NCBI RefSeq assembly: GCF_006345805.1
Contig: NC_043004.1
Span: forward strand, 67,766,001 to 67,830,000
Origin: Octopus sinensis
Taxonomy: Eukaryota
Direction of reading: 5' to 3'
Length of the DNA: 64,000 bases
Of this stretch, positions 1-13,226 are shown piece after piece. Position numbers and translations under genes: made by a program. Under the pieces are notes generated by a model. It was not told where the DNA came from. It saw only the letters and a list, made by a program, of their open reading frames with translations, and searched no databases. The first letter of the stretch is position 1; each line of letters opens with the position of its first letter.

Positions 1-950
1 AGAGTAGCAGTAGCAGTGACAACAGCACTAACAGCAAATGAAGGGGAAGGAGAAGAAGTGGAGGCGTAGGAGATGACAGCGATGGAGTTGAAGAGGGAAA
101 CAAGTAGGAGTGTTAGGGGTAAAGGAAGAGGAGAGTTTTATTGTTCTTTTGTCTACAATGAAGACCTCAAATATAATAGGCGGAGGAGAACATGAAGAAT
201 ATGAAAAGGAGATAAAGGAGAGCAAGAAGCAGGAGGAGGAAAAGGGAAAGAAGAAAAAGAAGATGATGATGATGATGATGATGATGAACAACAACAACAA
301 CAGCAGCAGCAGCATCGACATTATAAAGATGTGGGCCGAAAGAAGTAGCAGAAAGGAGAGGGATGTGATATGATGTTGACGGTGGGGGTGTTGAAGTGAT
401 GATGATGATTGATGATGATGATAAAGAAGAAGAATGAGGAGGAGGAAGAGAAGAAGAAGATGAAGAAGAAGAGAAAGAAGAAGAAGAGCAACAACAACAA
501 GAACAATAAGTACAAGAAAAAGAAGAAGGAGAAGAAGAAGAAGAAGAAGAAGAAACAGAAGAAGGAGGAGGAGGGGGAGAAGAAAAAGAAGAAGAAGAAG
601 AAGAAGAAACAGAAGAAGGAGGAGGAGGGGGAGAAGAAAAAGAAGAAGAAGAAGAAGGAGAAGAAGAAAAAGAAGAAGAAAAAGAAAAAGCAGAAGAAGA
701 AGAAGAAGAAGAAGAAGAAGAAGAAAAAGAAGGAGAAGAAGAAGAAGAAGAAGAAGAAGAAGGAAAGAAGAAGAAGAAGAAGAAGAAGAAGGAGAAGAAG
801 AAGAAGAAGAAGAAGAAGAAGAAGAAGAAGAAGAAGAAGAAGAAGAAGGGAAAGAAAGAAGTGAAGATACAGCCACAACGATAATAATGAATACATTTTT
901 TTGATTTTTTGGGGTTTTTTTTCGAAAAAATAATAAAAGGGTTACCAACT
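1..950. repeat. Compound trinucleotide microsatellite, mainly (GAA)n with short (GAT)n, (AAC)n, (AGC)n
   Basis: Directly visible; explains the poly-L/K/F/S ORFs 28..948, 321..896 and 409..864. Confidence 0.97.
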
Positions 951-1442
951 AATTAGATTTTTTGTTAGAGATTTCTACTCCGATTGGGTTGGGGGGGGGG
1001 GGTTATTTTGTTTTTGATTTTTGGGGTTTTTTTTTACGTATTTATATACTCATTCCTTTATTTTAGTCGCCCGAAAAAAATTGTCACAACAATAAACAAA
1101 ATAGCAATTGTACTGACAGATTAATAAAATTCAGGAAACACTATATAAAGAATTGTACGAAACTAAACAAACATTCGGAAGACAAGGAAACGAAAGAAAA
1201 ATCACCAAAACGAAAAAAGAACAGAAAAAAATATATACATAAATCCGTGCGTATATTGTTAGAAATAGTTAAAATGTAATTAAGGTGAACATAAGAAGAA
1301 ATGTACTGTATTTTTAAAGAAAGCAAAAAAAAAAAATACTACGTAAAGCTTATTTGGTATTAACCAATACAAATGTCTTACAGTTTAAAGAGAACATGTA
1401 GTTCTGTCGAGTTGGATTACAAGTTATGTATATATGCATATA

Positions 1443-2470
1443 CGAGGTCTCATCAATAAGTATCCGAACTGTTGCTATAGTAACGAAGCTGAAGCACGCA
1501 GAGTGAAGCTGCTTGGCAAAGATTGAGCCTGAACTCTGCTGCTGTAAGTTTTAACGTTCTAGCTCACTTCTGCTGTTTATAGCAGTACTTGGAAAGAACG
1601 TGTGTAGTGTGTGATCGTCGCATTGACCATGACAGAGGAAGTTGAAGGGGGCGAGCTGGCAGAATCGCTAGCACGCTGGGCGAACTGCTTAGCGGTACTT
1701 CTTCTGACTCTACGCTCTGAGTTCAAATTCCGCCGAGGTCGACTTTGTCTTAAATAAGTACCAGTTATGCACTGGATCAATATAATCGACTTAATCCGTT
1801 TGTGTGTCCTTGTTTCTCCCCTCTTATGGGCAGTAAAGAAATAAGAGAAAGTTGTCATGGTGTTACCTGCTCAGAGGCCGACGCAAATTTGCAGAACGTA
1901 TATGGAGAGGAGTGTATCAGTTGTTCAGACGTTTCTAAGATGGCTGAAAAATATGTCGATTTTAATGAATTTCCTGGAGACCCGAAACCAGCAGCATTGA
2001 GAAAAACATCGCAACACGCTTTCAACTGTGCGGGGAAATCGTCTAATAACCAGCCGAGGGTTATCAGAGCATGCGCAGATTAGTTACGCTTTATTTCAGT
2101 CCATTATCACTGAAGATTTGGGTATGACACGCTGGTCTGCCAAGTTTCTGCTAGAGCTGGTTTCAGCTGACCAAAAGCAAACTCGCAAGATCTCCTTAAT
2201 CCGGTTGAGAACGATGAAAACGTTTTGAAAACTTTGCGTATGCCTCACAGCAGGTATCGCCGAGCTTTTGGCAAACTTTGATGCAGATTATCCGATCAAC
2301 TTTCTGTGTAATGGTCATTTCCGCGATCACACATACACACCTTCATTCCCGGCCCTGCTGTAAATAGCGTAAGTGGCTAGATCATGAAAACTTAATGCGC
2401 ATGTACCACAGAGTTGAAGATCAATCTGGGCCAAGCGGCTTCGCTCTGCGTGCTTTAGCTTCGTTACTTA
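1443..2470 (+). mobile_element. Decayed mariner (IS630-Tc1-mariner) derivative: 5' end and transposase N-terminus, followed by an inverted copy of its own 5' end
   Basis: Starts TA|CGAGG. Decayed frames give MTEEVE, TCSEADANLQNVYGEECIS (HTH region), EDLGMTRWSAKFLLELVSADQK (WVPREL-linker-like) and ENDENVLK. 2220-2470 is the reverse complement of 1479-1646 plus 1846-1900 at roughly 75% identity. Confidence 0.85.
1647..1843 (+). mobile_element. tRNA-derived SINE, family A, inserted in the mariner
   Basis: Head GGCGAGCTGGCAGAATCG, body GAGTTCAAATTCCGCCGAGGTCGACTTTG, tail GTAAAGAAATA; matches 21359-21588 in reverse; flanked by AGAGGAAGTTG (1634-1644) and AGAGAAAGTTG (1844-1854). Confidence 0.88.
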
Positions 2471-2479
2471 GTGATTAGA

Positions 2480-2602
2480 CCACGTACATACATGCATACA
2501 TACAGATAGTTAAATATGTAGATAGATAGATTAGATAGTTAGATAGAAACATATATATATGTATATATGAATATATGTGTTTCTGTATACGTACGTATAC
2601 AT

Positions 2603-2664
<62 letters not shown>

Positions 2665-2887
2665 ATGTATGTACCCATGTATCTATGTATGTACGTATGT
2701 ATGAACGTAAACGTGAGGAGGTTGTGTGGGTAGATACCTGAGATCTTATGCATATATATGTGTGTGTATTTATATTCATGTGTGTACAGAGACACACATA
2801 CCTACGATATAGTTAAGATACACATTAGGAATGCATGTATGGAATGTATATATAATGCTTGTGTGTGCGCGTATTTCTATCTATCTC

Positions 2888-2942
<55 letters not shown>

Positions 2943-3040
2943 ATATATATATAACAAATTGTGAGATATCAATCTGGGCAAAATATTTCATAGGCGCCCT
3001 GTTGGAACACCAAACATTATTACTTATGTTAGTATGTATG

Positions 3041-3080
<40 letters not shown>
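2480..3080. repeat. (TA)n/(CA)n/(TAGA)n microsatellite mosaic, representative of dozens of such tracts in the window
   Basis: Directly visible; source of the IYIYIY, CVCVCV and HTHTHT ORFs. Confidence 0.97.
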
Positions 3081-3506
3081 GCTTGCGCGTGGGTGATTAA
3101 ACATCGATATTCGTTAACGGTTATTTTTAATACTTTTCTCGTTGGTTTACTTGTACCTATCTCTTTTAGCCATGTGAGGTTTTAATTTGGATCTTCTATA
3201 TAGTTGAAGCTTTTCCTTCGTCTGGCTGTTTTTCTTTCTATATAGCGATAACTTACATTGAGGGAGTGTTACTTTAACGAGCTGTATTTATTCATCCACT
3301 CGAGGAGATATATCTACACCGCCGGATGCTCCTGAACCCGTTATTGAGCGTCTCACCCCTGAGGAACCGATACTAGATATGACGAAACAATTGTCTTCAT
3401 TAATAATCAATTCTCGTATATTCAATCTTCCTTCTTTCATTTCCGGTATGTATTTGTATATACATATATATACATTATATGTATATGTGTGTGTGTGTGT
3501 CTGTAC

Positions 3507-3559
<53 letters not shown>

Positions 3560-3579
3560 TATATATACATACACATACA

Positions 3580-3610
<31 letters not shown>

Positions 3611-3845
3611 GGGCGCAGGATTGACTGCAAGGTAAGTAGCTTGTTTCCCAACCACATGGTTCTGGCTTCTGTCCCACTGTGTGGTACATTGGGCAAATGT
3701 CTTCTACTATAACCTCGGTCCGACCAGAGCCTTGTGAGTGGATTCGGTCGACGGAAACTGAAGGAAGGCCATCGTGTATATGTATAGGTGTATGTGTGCC
3801 TGTGCTTGTCCCCATTGCATGGCCGTAGTCAAATGACAGAAAGAA
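3611..3845 (+). mobile_element. tRNA-derived SINE, family B
   Basis: Head GGCGCAGGA..GGTAAGTAGCTTG..ACCACATGGTTC, body TTGGGCAAATGTCTTCTACTATA and GACGGAAACTGAA; homologous to reverse copies at 52715-53140, 60012-60331 and 62246-62616. Confidence 0.85.
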
Positions 3846-5161
3846 GGAGAAAAATATACAAACACACTCATACACATAGCAACGAGGCAGGTGATTAACT
3901 TCTTTAGAGAATATTATTGCTAGAACAAATTAATATTATAAACTAAGCTTACTCTTTCCTTTTATTCTCTCATCTTATTCTCAACAAGTACTTACTACTC
4001 CATAATCTATAATAACACCGTCGATCCTACGCTAGTTTTCTTTATATACTAACACTCTACATGAAAATCAAAAACTAATATTTTGCCACAATTTCTTTGG
4101 TATTAAATATCCTTTTCTACTCTAGAACCAATCCGAAACAACATCATTACAAAAGGAGCTTCTTCACGACACAGCCATCATTGCATATGCTTTTTATATT
4201 ATTTTTTTTTATATTGTTAGCCAAAGTAGATCTTTCCGGGATTTTAATTCAGTGCAAAGGACCTCAGTCACAATGCTGTATGACATTCTACACGGACCTC
4301 TACAGATTCTATCCATTAACTGTGTAATTGGCCATAGAGATATTCAATCCGAACAATAAATAACGAGATCAATTATTGGCACGAGGTGGTCTGCCAATAA
4401 TGTACCCGGATGGCCCAAATTTGCACTTAACAACCGCACTTTATATAGAATCACAAACATTACCAATACGTCAATTAGTACACGGTGGAATTATATTTCA
4501 CTGAATAGAGAGATGGTTCTTAGTTTTATAGATATATCGATCATGGAGAAAGGTGTTGCTAAATCGATCTGAAAAGTATTTGGTATCAGATTCTACCGAA
4601 GCAACTGTCAGTAGCCCGATATATTTCATCCGGTACATTATGACATCGTGACGCGGAGATCATTGTGAAAATCAATCGGTATGAATAAAATATATATTGG
4701 TTTCTGATCAAGAAATAATATCTTAGAGTAATATTGTAGCATATTCTAATTTATACAACCGAGCACTTGTTTGGCACAGCGTTGTATCAACCCCTAAAAG
4801 TTCAGAAACAACTTCGGGAGGATTTGAACTCAGAATTTAAATAGTTTGTCCGATATTTTAGTAACTTTGCCAACACACTCCTTGATAATTAATTAATGCA
4901 ATCATCACTGCAGAAAATATGAAAAGTGGATCCGAATATTATGAATTTTGATGGACTCCGTATGATCTTATAACTGTAAGCTCAAATCTGTAGACGAGGG
5001 CAATTCATTTTAGTTTCGTTTTATTCATCAAAATTAAGTACTGGCTATTCCTAAGACACGCTGTGTATGTGTGTGTGTGTGCGTGCGTGCTTGTGTTTGA
5101 GTGTGTATGTGTATGTGTGTGGAGACAGGGTACTCAATTTCTATGGTGTATATTTTTCCGG

Positions 5162-5458
5162 GTGAAGGCGCGTGCCTTAATGGTTAGGGGCATTCGGCTA
5201 ATGATCGTAAGGTCATGATTTCAATTCCCGTCAGCGCCGTTGCTCCAGTCCACTCAGCTGGCAAAAAAGAGTAGTACCTGTTTCTCAAAGGGCCGGCCTT
5301 GTCACACTCCATGTGACGCTAAATCTCCCCGAGAACAACGTTAAGTGTACACGTGTTTGTGGAGTGCTCAATCTCTTGCTCGTTAATTTCACGAGCAAGC
5401 TGTTCCGTTGATCGTATCAGCTGAGAGCCTCACAGTCGAAACCGACGGAGTGCTCCTT
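5162..5458 (+). mobile_element. tRNA-derived SINE, family D, with a perfect 13 bp target-site duplication
   Basis: tRNA-like head with degenerate A/B boxes; TATATTTTTCCGG present at 5149-5161 and 5459-5471; decayed reverse relative near 8250-8370. Confidence 0.88.
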
Positions 5459-6209
5459 TATATTTTTCCGGACAATCCACTTGTGTCTGTGGATTGTCAG
5501 TCTGTCTCATTGTTACTAATATACAGTTGAGAAAACGGGACAAACTTGCAAAATACCATTTGCTCAAATACACTATGGATTATCCGTTCCGAGAAACGAA
5601 ACGACGATGTGGTCTACAATAAAACTAAGCACGTGGCTGCGCGCCTTCACTTCCTTATATTGGGATCAATAAAATAAGTATCAATCAAATGTTGGAAGCA
5701 ATTAAATCCACGATATATCCTCAATACAATGATCTTGAGAAAAATCAATATTAGCAACATCGGCACTGAATGCTTTCAAAGTTACAAATGAAAACCAGTA
5801 AAAATAGTAATAATAAAATGAGAAAAAACAAATTCACTGTACAACAGTATGAAATAAACTATTTGTATTAGATAAAATAATGGGATGTCCATGAAATATC
5901 GCTTAGTCAGACCTAATGTAAATAACAATGACTACATACAATGGCCTTAACTCCGAGACAAACCTTTCTCGACCAACGCCTTTTAATAAAAGAAGCGTGT
6001 AATCCGTGGAATTCTAAACAAATGTCTTCACGTATGTTTTATATTCTATATATACGGGTCTTTCTATGTTATTTATATATTTCTTCTTTCAGATCGGGTA
6101 TGTTTACATTTTACTGCGCATGTATATGTATTTTAATGCCTTCCACGTTCACTGAATGCTTGTGACTGTGTGAATATTTGTCAGTATATTTGTTTATTAC
6201 TGAAGTTTT

Positions 6210-6230
6210 TATAATGATAATAATAATAAC

Positions 6231-6279
<49 letters not shown>

Positions 6280-6350
6280 TTAAAAATAATAATAATAATA
6301 ACAACAACAACTATTATTATTATTATTATTAATATTATTATTATTATTAT
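6210..6350. repeat. (TAA)n/(ACA)n/(TAT)n microsatellite
   Basis: Directly visible; gives the poly-Ile ORF 6178..6468. Confidence 0.95.
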
Positions 6351-7477
6351 TACATTTTCTTTTTCCTTTTTCCATAATCTCAGTCTATCACTGTCTCATC
6401 TGGATATTCGCACGGCACCAACGACCCTCTTTTTAGCAGGTCAAGCAAGTGTCTTGTTGGTTTTCTAAAATTCTTTTATTTTAGAATTACAGTCTGAATG
6501 TGTCAGACTGCATCATTCTTCCTGAGAGAAAAAAAAACGAATACTAATAATAATAACAGTAATAATAATAAAGATAATAATTCTTTTAAAAATATGTGCT
6601 GCCATGCATATATAGATTAATGAGGTTTCCATGAAAACAAGAACTGTAGCAAATATTTGCGCAGAGACTGGTGTGAAGAAGCTTCAATGCGTGTTTATTA
6701 TCAGTTCACATAAGGCAAATGCAGTGTCAGATTCACCGTCTCCAAAGCCTCTCGCTTGCATAAACGAATCGGATTAAAAATGGCAGAGGAAAACATGCTT
6801 AGCTGAATTTTCTATTAAAAGTTGAAATCTCTTTATCTGATGAATAATTAAACACACAGAATAAATAGCAAAAGAAAAGAAAATTTAAATAAACAAATGT
6901 AAACAAAAGATTAGCGATCAATCTCTGCTAAATCTTTCACACTAAATGAAAATACCACCAAAATGGATGGAGAAAAGAAGACAAAGCAAGGCAGAGCAAT
7001 ATGAGGTCACAGGAAAACACTACCTATCAAGCGTTAATTCTTTTCTACCGAGATAGTTGAAGGTCGTCTATGGTAAAAGACTTGCTCTTTATAACACATC
7101 ACTCAGATAGTTAATGAGATGAAAATTTTCGCCCATCAGCTGTATAGAAAGCTCAAAAGACCCCTGATTTCCAACCAACATTTCATTTTGCCGATGTCGA
7201 AATCGAAAAACCTTTCACTAAACATGTCAAGATCTAGATAACAGCATGCCTACAGCGTACACACAGCTCAAGATAGAGGCAAATCATATATGTATATATA
7301 TATATATATATACATACAGCAGGAGGGAGAGGGAAACAGAGAGGAAGAGATGAAATGAGAGTGTGGCAAGACTTTATACACGGACATAGACATATACACA
7401 CCTAAACTCAAACATATGTGTGTATGTGTGTGTGTATGTGCGTGTGTTGTGCATGCACACAGACACAGAAACATAAG

Positions 7478-7516
<39 letters not shown>

Positions 7517-7547
7517 ATAGGCATTCACACATACACACAAACACATA

Positions 7548-7661
<114 letters not shown>

Positions 7662-8249
7662 AATAGCCATTCATATCTTAATGCATATGTAAATACGTGT
7701 GAGAAAGCAGCATTTGCATGTTTATATAACATAACATTAATCAGAATGCTATGCTAGACTGCCTTGTTTTCCTTCGTTTTATTCCGTTTTATTTTGCTTC
7801 CTTCATTTGCAGCCAACACCACAATGGAATATAACCATACCGAGCAGGATTTATGGAGGGAATGTGTATCGTTAACATACGAGTAGTTATCTTCACAGTA
7901 AACTGCATGTTGCTGAATTAACTCCGCTATCTCTCCGCATCGTGTTTTTTCACCTCCCAGATATGAGTCTGTTCTACCGTTAAGCATATCTATATGTTAA
8001 ATAAGTCTGTAAGAACAATGCTTTTAATATAAAGCACAAGAGAATATTGTACATGTTACATAGTTTCCTTTAGAAATTTGATATAAATCTCATTGAATTT
8101 CGATAGTGTACCTAGAGGCGGTTGGTGTGTGTTACCCTTAATGAAGTGAGATATTTATTGACTAGCTTCAGCGATAACAAATGTATTTCGATTTCAATTT
8201 CTGCTTTTAACTCTTCCCAATCACTTGAAATGATATGAGGACGAAGATG

Positions 8250-8370
8250 GATCTCCGTCGTTCGGCGATGCTGGATGGGTTGTTTGAGCAACTGAATTAC
8301 CCGTGCGTTGAATTAGCATGTAAATGGCTGATTATTCGAGAGATATGTGTATTTAAACGTAAATTTCAGA
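8250..8370 (-). mobile_element. Highly decayed SINE family D fragment
   Basis: CTCCGTCG... and GAATTAGCATGTAAATGGCTGA... align loosely with the reverse complement of 5340-5450. Confidence 0.5.
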
Positions 8371-11240
8371 CAAAATATTTCTGAGCAAATGTGTGAAAAT
8401 GGCTATACTGTTAACTTAAATGTATAATCCATCTGACGTACTCGTATAAACTTGGTGTTTGCCTAACTTAAATGGAGATTATGCTCAATCCGAGGCTGTA
8501 GAAAATGTCGCTCTTGGTCTCAAAGTGCACTTCTTAACTATTCGGCCTTACTTCGCCTAATTAATCTAATAGTTGTGAATCTCCTTCAGATTAAAATAAG
8601 GAGAATAATATCTTAAACATTTCGGTAGTACTGCACATACTTGAAAAGATATTAGCACTATGAAAGGCATGGAAAAAGCGGTGAGCGAGCAGATTCGTGA
8701 GAGCATTGGAAGATAATTCGTTGTGGTATCAATACGTTCTGCTATTAAACTCCACCGAGATCCACTTTCCTTTCGTGATTTCGGTGTCGAGGAAATCTAT
8801 AACAGTCGTGTCCTGGGATTGATAAACTGACATACTCCGCTTCATCAAATTTGCTGACCTCAAGCCAAAATTAAAAAGGATTATTAAACGTAAGAATGTC
8901 AACAGAACCCTTGGTGCTCGCGGAGTCTGTTAAAAATATGAACCAAATATCCCTCAATACACCATCAGTATCATCTTTAGCCATGTTGCAAAAGAAATGT
9001 ATCGTTCGTTTTTTGAAATACATTGGTTTGGTTAATTTTGGCTTCAGGATCCAAAATAAAAATAATAATAGCAACAAAATGAATATTATGCAGTGTTAAG
9101 GAAAACAAGTAGAATCAGTCTATCGTAGGTGAAAACTTTATGTATTATCTATCTTTTTGTTTGTTTCCTGGCGTCTATTAAATTAGGTTCACTGTCAAAA
9201 CAATATAAAAAATAGTGGACTATTTATTGAATATTTCAGATACGTATTAATACTTGTCTATAAAGTGATTTTGTCAACAGCAGTATGTTAAATGAGAAGC
9301 GGTTACATTTAACCATCTACAAATACAAAAAGACGATTAATTTGAAAATTCATTATTTTTTCAGATGTCAAAAGTGTGTCATACAATACAAAACATTTGG
9401 CTAACTCAACAGTTTCATAACTAAGCAATGTCAGTGACCATGTCGAAATTGTGCGAAGAAAATTTGAACAATTTTCTATTCATATGCCATGCCTACAGGT
9501 GTCGGTGAAAATCACTTTCATGTCTTCCTGCCCAACATATAACATGATTAGACCGATACTCTTGAAGGCAGCTCAAAACCCTATCATCGAACTGCGGTGG
9601 TAGTTGAATAATATTCTTAATACCGCAATTTACTCACACGCAGCAAATTTCAAAGCTTGTCGCTAATCCAGTTCTTGACTAAATTTAAAATTGATAACGT
9701 CTCTGAAGACGACTGGTCCCTGGCTGCAACTCGTAGAAAAAAGTTTGCATAAAAATTTTGTAGCAAAGTTACAGGAGAGTAAGAAACGCCTCCAGGCAGG
9801 TTTAGATCTAAATAATTTCTTTTAAGCAAAATATATTTATCTTAGCTTCAATGACAGAAAACGGCATGAAGAATTTCATAGTTTTGGTATGAAAATGTTG
9901 TGAAAAAAATATGAGACAAAAAGTTGGATATAAGTATAATTAGCTTCTATATTTTAAAAACCGAACAATATTTTAATTAAACTTAAATGATTCATCTCGA
10001 TACGAGGAATTTCAAGGTATCTATCTCATGGAATGAAGTTTTAAAAGAAAAAAAGTTATGAGTCTTTCTTTCTCAAATCTGAGGGTGATAATATAGTTAT
10101 ATAAGAGGACTTTTAATATGTATCACCGGCATCATTGAGGTGAGGAAAGAACTATCAACAACGCCGCTAACTGATATGTTTGACACATTATTAATTAGCA
10201 TAATACCATAGCCTGCTAAACGCATGGATTTCATGGAAAAATGCGAGCAACAGAAGTAATATTCTGAAGATTATAAACCTGGAAAGGTACAGAACTTGGA
10301 AAACTTGAGGACAAGTTATTACATCTTGTAAAGTACAGAACAATAAAATTCTTACTTACAATATTGCAGCTAATTATAAAATTTGAATAGTAATTTAATT
10401 TTAATTTACAAAGTAACATTATAATTAAAAAAGTTACTATCATTTTATTTAAATATTAACACGCTAGAATACTATAAAAATGAGAGCCAGACGTACCCAT
10501 ATAACTAAAGTTTTATAGAAAGTAGAATAGTATATTTAGTAGGCAAATTCATTATGTAAAAAGATAGGTATTGTGTGATGACTTGTAAATGAAAACACTT
10601 GGCAATATCTTAGGCAACAACTCAAGCAAATTTTTCTGTGAATTTGTTGTTACTGTAATATAATACCATTTGTTTGTATCATTCTACTTATTATACTATA
10701 TAATTATGTATTTCTATTATTTTTATAAAGATAAAACTTACTTGGAAAAGGATGCGTGGCGTTCGATCTTATAATAATAGAAATAATATATAAATATATG
10801 CATATATACATACATATATCTACATGCCTACAAAAAATGTATATATACAAGGCATAAAAAAACGTTGAACACAATGAAAAACGAAATCATAACTAAATCA
10901 TAGAAACGAACTTTTTTCGAACAAGGAAAAAAAAAACAAAGAGAGAAAAGAGACATACAACATAAAGACTATTCCCCTTCTTCAATTGTCCCTGTTTCAA
11001 CTACTCCACGTTCCGAAGGCAAGGACAATACGATTTTCGAAATCGTATTACGTACTTGAATTTATTCTTAATTTCGAAGATATTTTTCTAATATTTATGA
11101 ATAAATTTTCTATTTCAACTTATTTCCGACAATTCGTCGTATATGATAAGTAGACATTATATGCTACTACCATATTCCACGTTTCAACATTCTTTCGTTG
11201 TGTGTATATACTATCGTATAAAACTATGTAATATTTTGAT

Positions 11241-12233
11241 TTGTTTCAAAATTACGATTCTGGATGTTGTCGGCAATTGCGACATAATGTAAGACCCTTA
11301 CCTCCATGTGAGGATAATGTGTATTTGTTGACGTGTGTCGATCGCTTTTCGAGATGGCCCGAGGCTTATCCGATAAAAGACGTATCTGCAGTAACTATAG
11401 CAAAAACCTTATTTACCAATTGGATGTCTAGATTTGGCATCCCAAATACAGTGACAACAGATCGTGGTAGACAATTTGAGTCTAGCCTGTTCGCAGAATT
11501 CAATAAATTGTTGGGGATTAATAGAATTCGTACAACTTCATATCACCCACAGTCTAACGGAATGGTAGAAAGATTCCATAGGCAGTTAAACTCTTCATTA
11601 AGAACTTATTCTGATTCTAACAGTTGGCTAGAGGCCTTACCAGTGGTGTTGTTAGGAATTAGAAGTGCTGTTAAAGAAAATATACAATATTCTCCGGCTG
11701 AACTTTTGTACGGAACAACATTAACTCTACCTGCTCAAATGTTCGAAGAAACTAATTTTTTCAATGGGGATGTTAATGATTATGTAACTCGGCTAAAAAG
11801 ATTTCTTACTGATATTCCTTCTTGTACAAGAAAATTGCAAAATGTTAAAAGCTTTCTTCCTTCGGATATAAAATCTTGGACACATGTGTATGTCCGTAAC
11901 GGTGCAGCTCATGATTCACTGAAATATAAATACACCGGACCTTTTAAAGTCTTATCATTTACAGACAAAACTATGACTTTGGAAATGAATGGAAAGAAAG
12001 AAATTGTCAGTGTCGACAGGGTAAAAAAAGCGCATTTCGACCAATATCCATGTCATGAAAACGGAGATATGTGCAACACACATCAACATAACGTGAAAAT
12101 AAGTGACATTCAAGGAAACAAATCCGATGTTGATGGAAAAACAAAATCAATTCTAAAGTTACCTATAAATGTGAAAAAAACTAGAAGTGGCAGAATTGTA
12201 CATTTTCCAAAAAAACTTTCTCAGTTTGTTTGA
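11241..12233 (+). pseudogene. Ty3/gypsy-type retrotransposon integrase (rve core plus GPY/F module), 5'-truncated pol fragment
   Basis: YLLTCVDRFSRWPEAYP, WMSRFGIP, TTDRGRQFES..TTSYHPQSNGMVERF with D-35-E spacing, and YTGPFKV. The first catalytic Asp region reads RHNVRPLPP instead of HIDIVGPLPP, so it is damaged. No gag, PR, RT or RH upstream. Confidence 0.93.
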
Positions 12234-12457
12234 GGATAAAAAAAAAATTTGGTTTATATTCATGGATTATATAAAAAAAAAAACAAGAAAAAGAAAAAAG
12301 TTTTTCAGGGAAGGAAAGGAGCAGTATACGAACATGATAAATGTAAGCCGTTCATATATTTTAACATGTAAATGCATTTGTATATATAATATATATATAT
12401 ATATGTATAACGAATTTCCTTCGCAAAATTGTAACAATTTTTCTGGCGAGAGGCTGA

Positions 12458-13226
12458 TGTAGCATGGCAGTTTCAGACATTTTGAAATATGACTGTAGCG
12501 GTTTCTGATATCCTCACTTTTTGAAAGACACGACAGGAATGATCTTGTTTGAGGTTACAGCCATCTTTTACCGAGTTGTTCCTGTTGTAACCACTAAACT
12601 GATTGGTTGACAGGTGAAGCGATTTGTCTCTATTCATTTCGCGCAAATGTCCCAAGCCAACCAATCACGGCCTTTGGTTAAGGTCCCATTTCTTAAGCTC
12701 GTTTGAGCCACCTTACTTGTATATAAGGGAGTGTTTTCAGTATACTCGCGTCTTTGGTTCCAGTCCTTGTAAGGGCTAACTTCAGACCACAGCGCTACTC
12801 AACCCAGCGGTATACGATTGTTCCTGCTACAACTAGCGACGATGCTAATGCACACTCACCACAGAAATCCTACTATCTTCGCCGTCGCCACCATCATGTA
12901 CCAACTTCGAGTCGCCTCTAACATCTTCGCCATACAAACTGCAAACCAATTTCCATTATTAACTTTATGCTTTGTACCTTTCTATGCCACACGCATTCAC
13001 TCTGATGATATTTGTCACACACACGAACACACAGACACAAAAACGTGTTGCATACGCAGATACGTGCTAACACTTACACACTTCTAACATCAGCACGGTT
13101 GTAAATAAAATAATATTTATCTCTCAACCGAAGGCTTGTCGTCAATTCACCTATGATCTTTTGGTACTGCATTGTATTTATAATAATTCGTTAAGAATAT
13201 GACCACCTGCGATCGTATTCCCTACA
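12458..13226 (+). mobile_element. Probable 3' LTR of the gypsy element (~770 bp)
   Basis: TGTAG...CTACA termini; purine-rich GGCGAGAGG just upstream; CCAAT at 12661 and reverse CCAAT near 12602; TATATAA at 12720; AATAAA at 13104. No second LTR copy in the window, so the 3' boundary is unconfirmed. Confidence 0.65.

Noticed and set aside
28-948. 306 aa and overlapping long ORFs
   Set aside because: Translations of (GAA)n-type microsatellite with no domain content. The same applies to all IYIY, CVCV, IYLS, poly-M/H/I ORFs in the track.
8862-9044. 13 bp inverted repeat AAGCCAAAATTAA 157 bp apart (MITE-like)
   Set aside because: AT-rich, no TSD, single copy; compatible with chance.
10860-11190. 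Possible PLE-derived terminal fragment with TTGAAGAAGGGG on the minus strand and scattered GAAACGT-like words
   Set aside because: No helix II closure and no GAAA at the right distance; no second copy in the window to support a family call.
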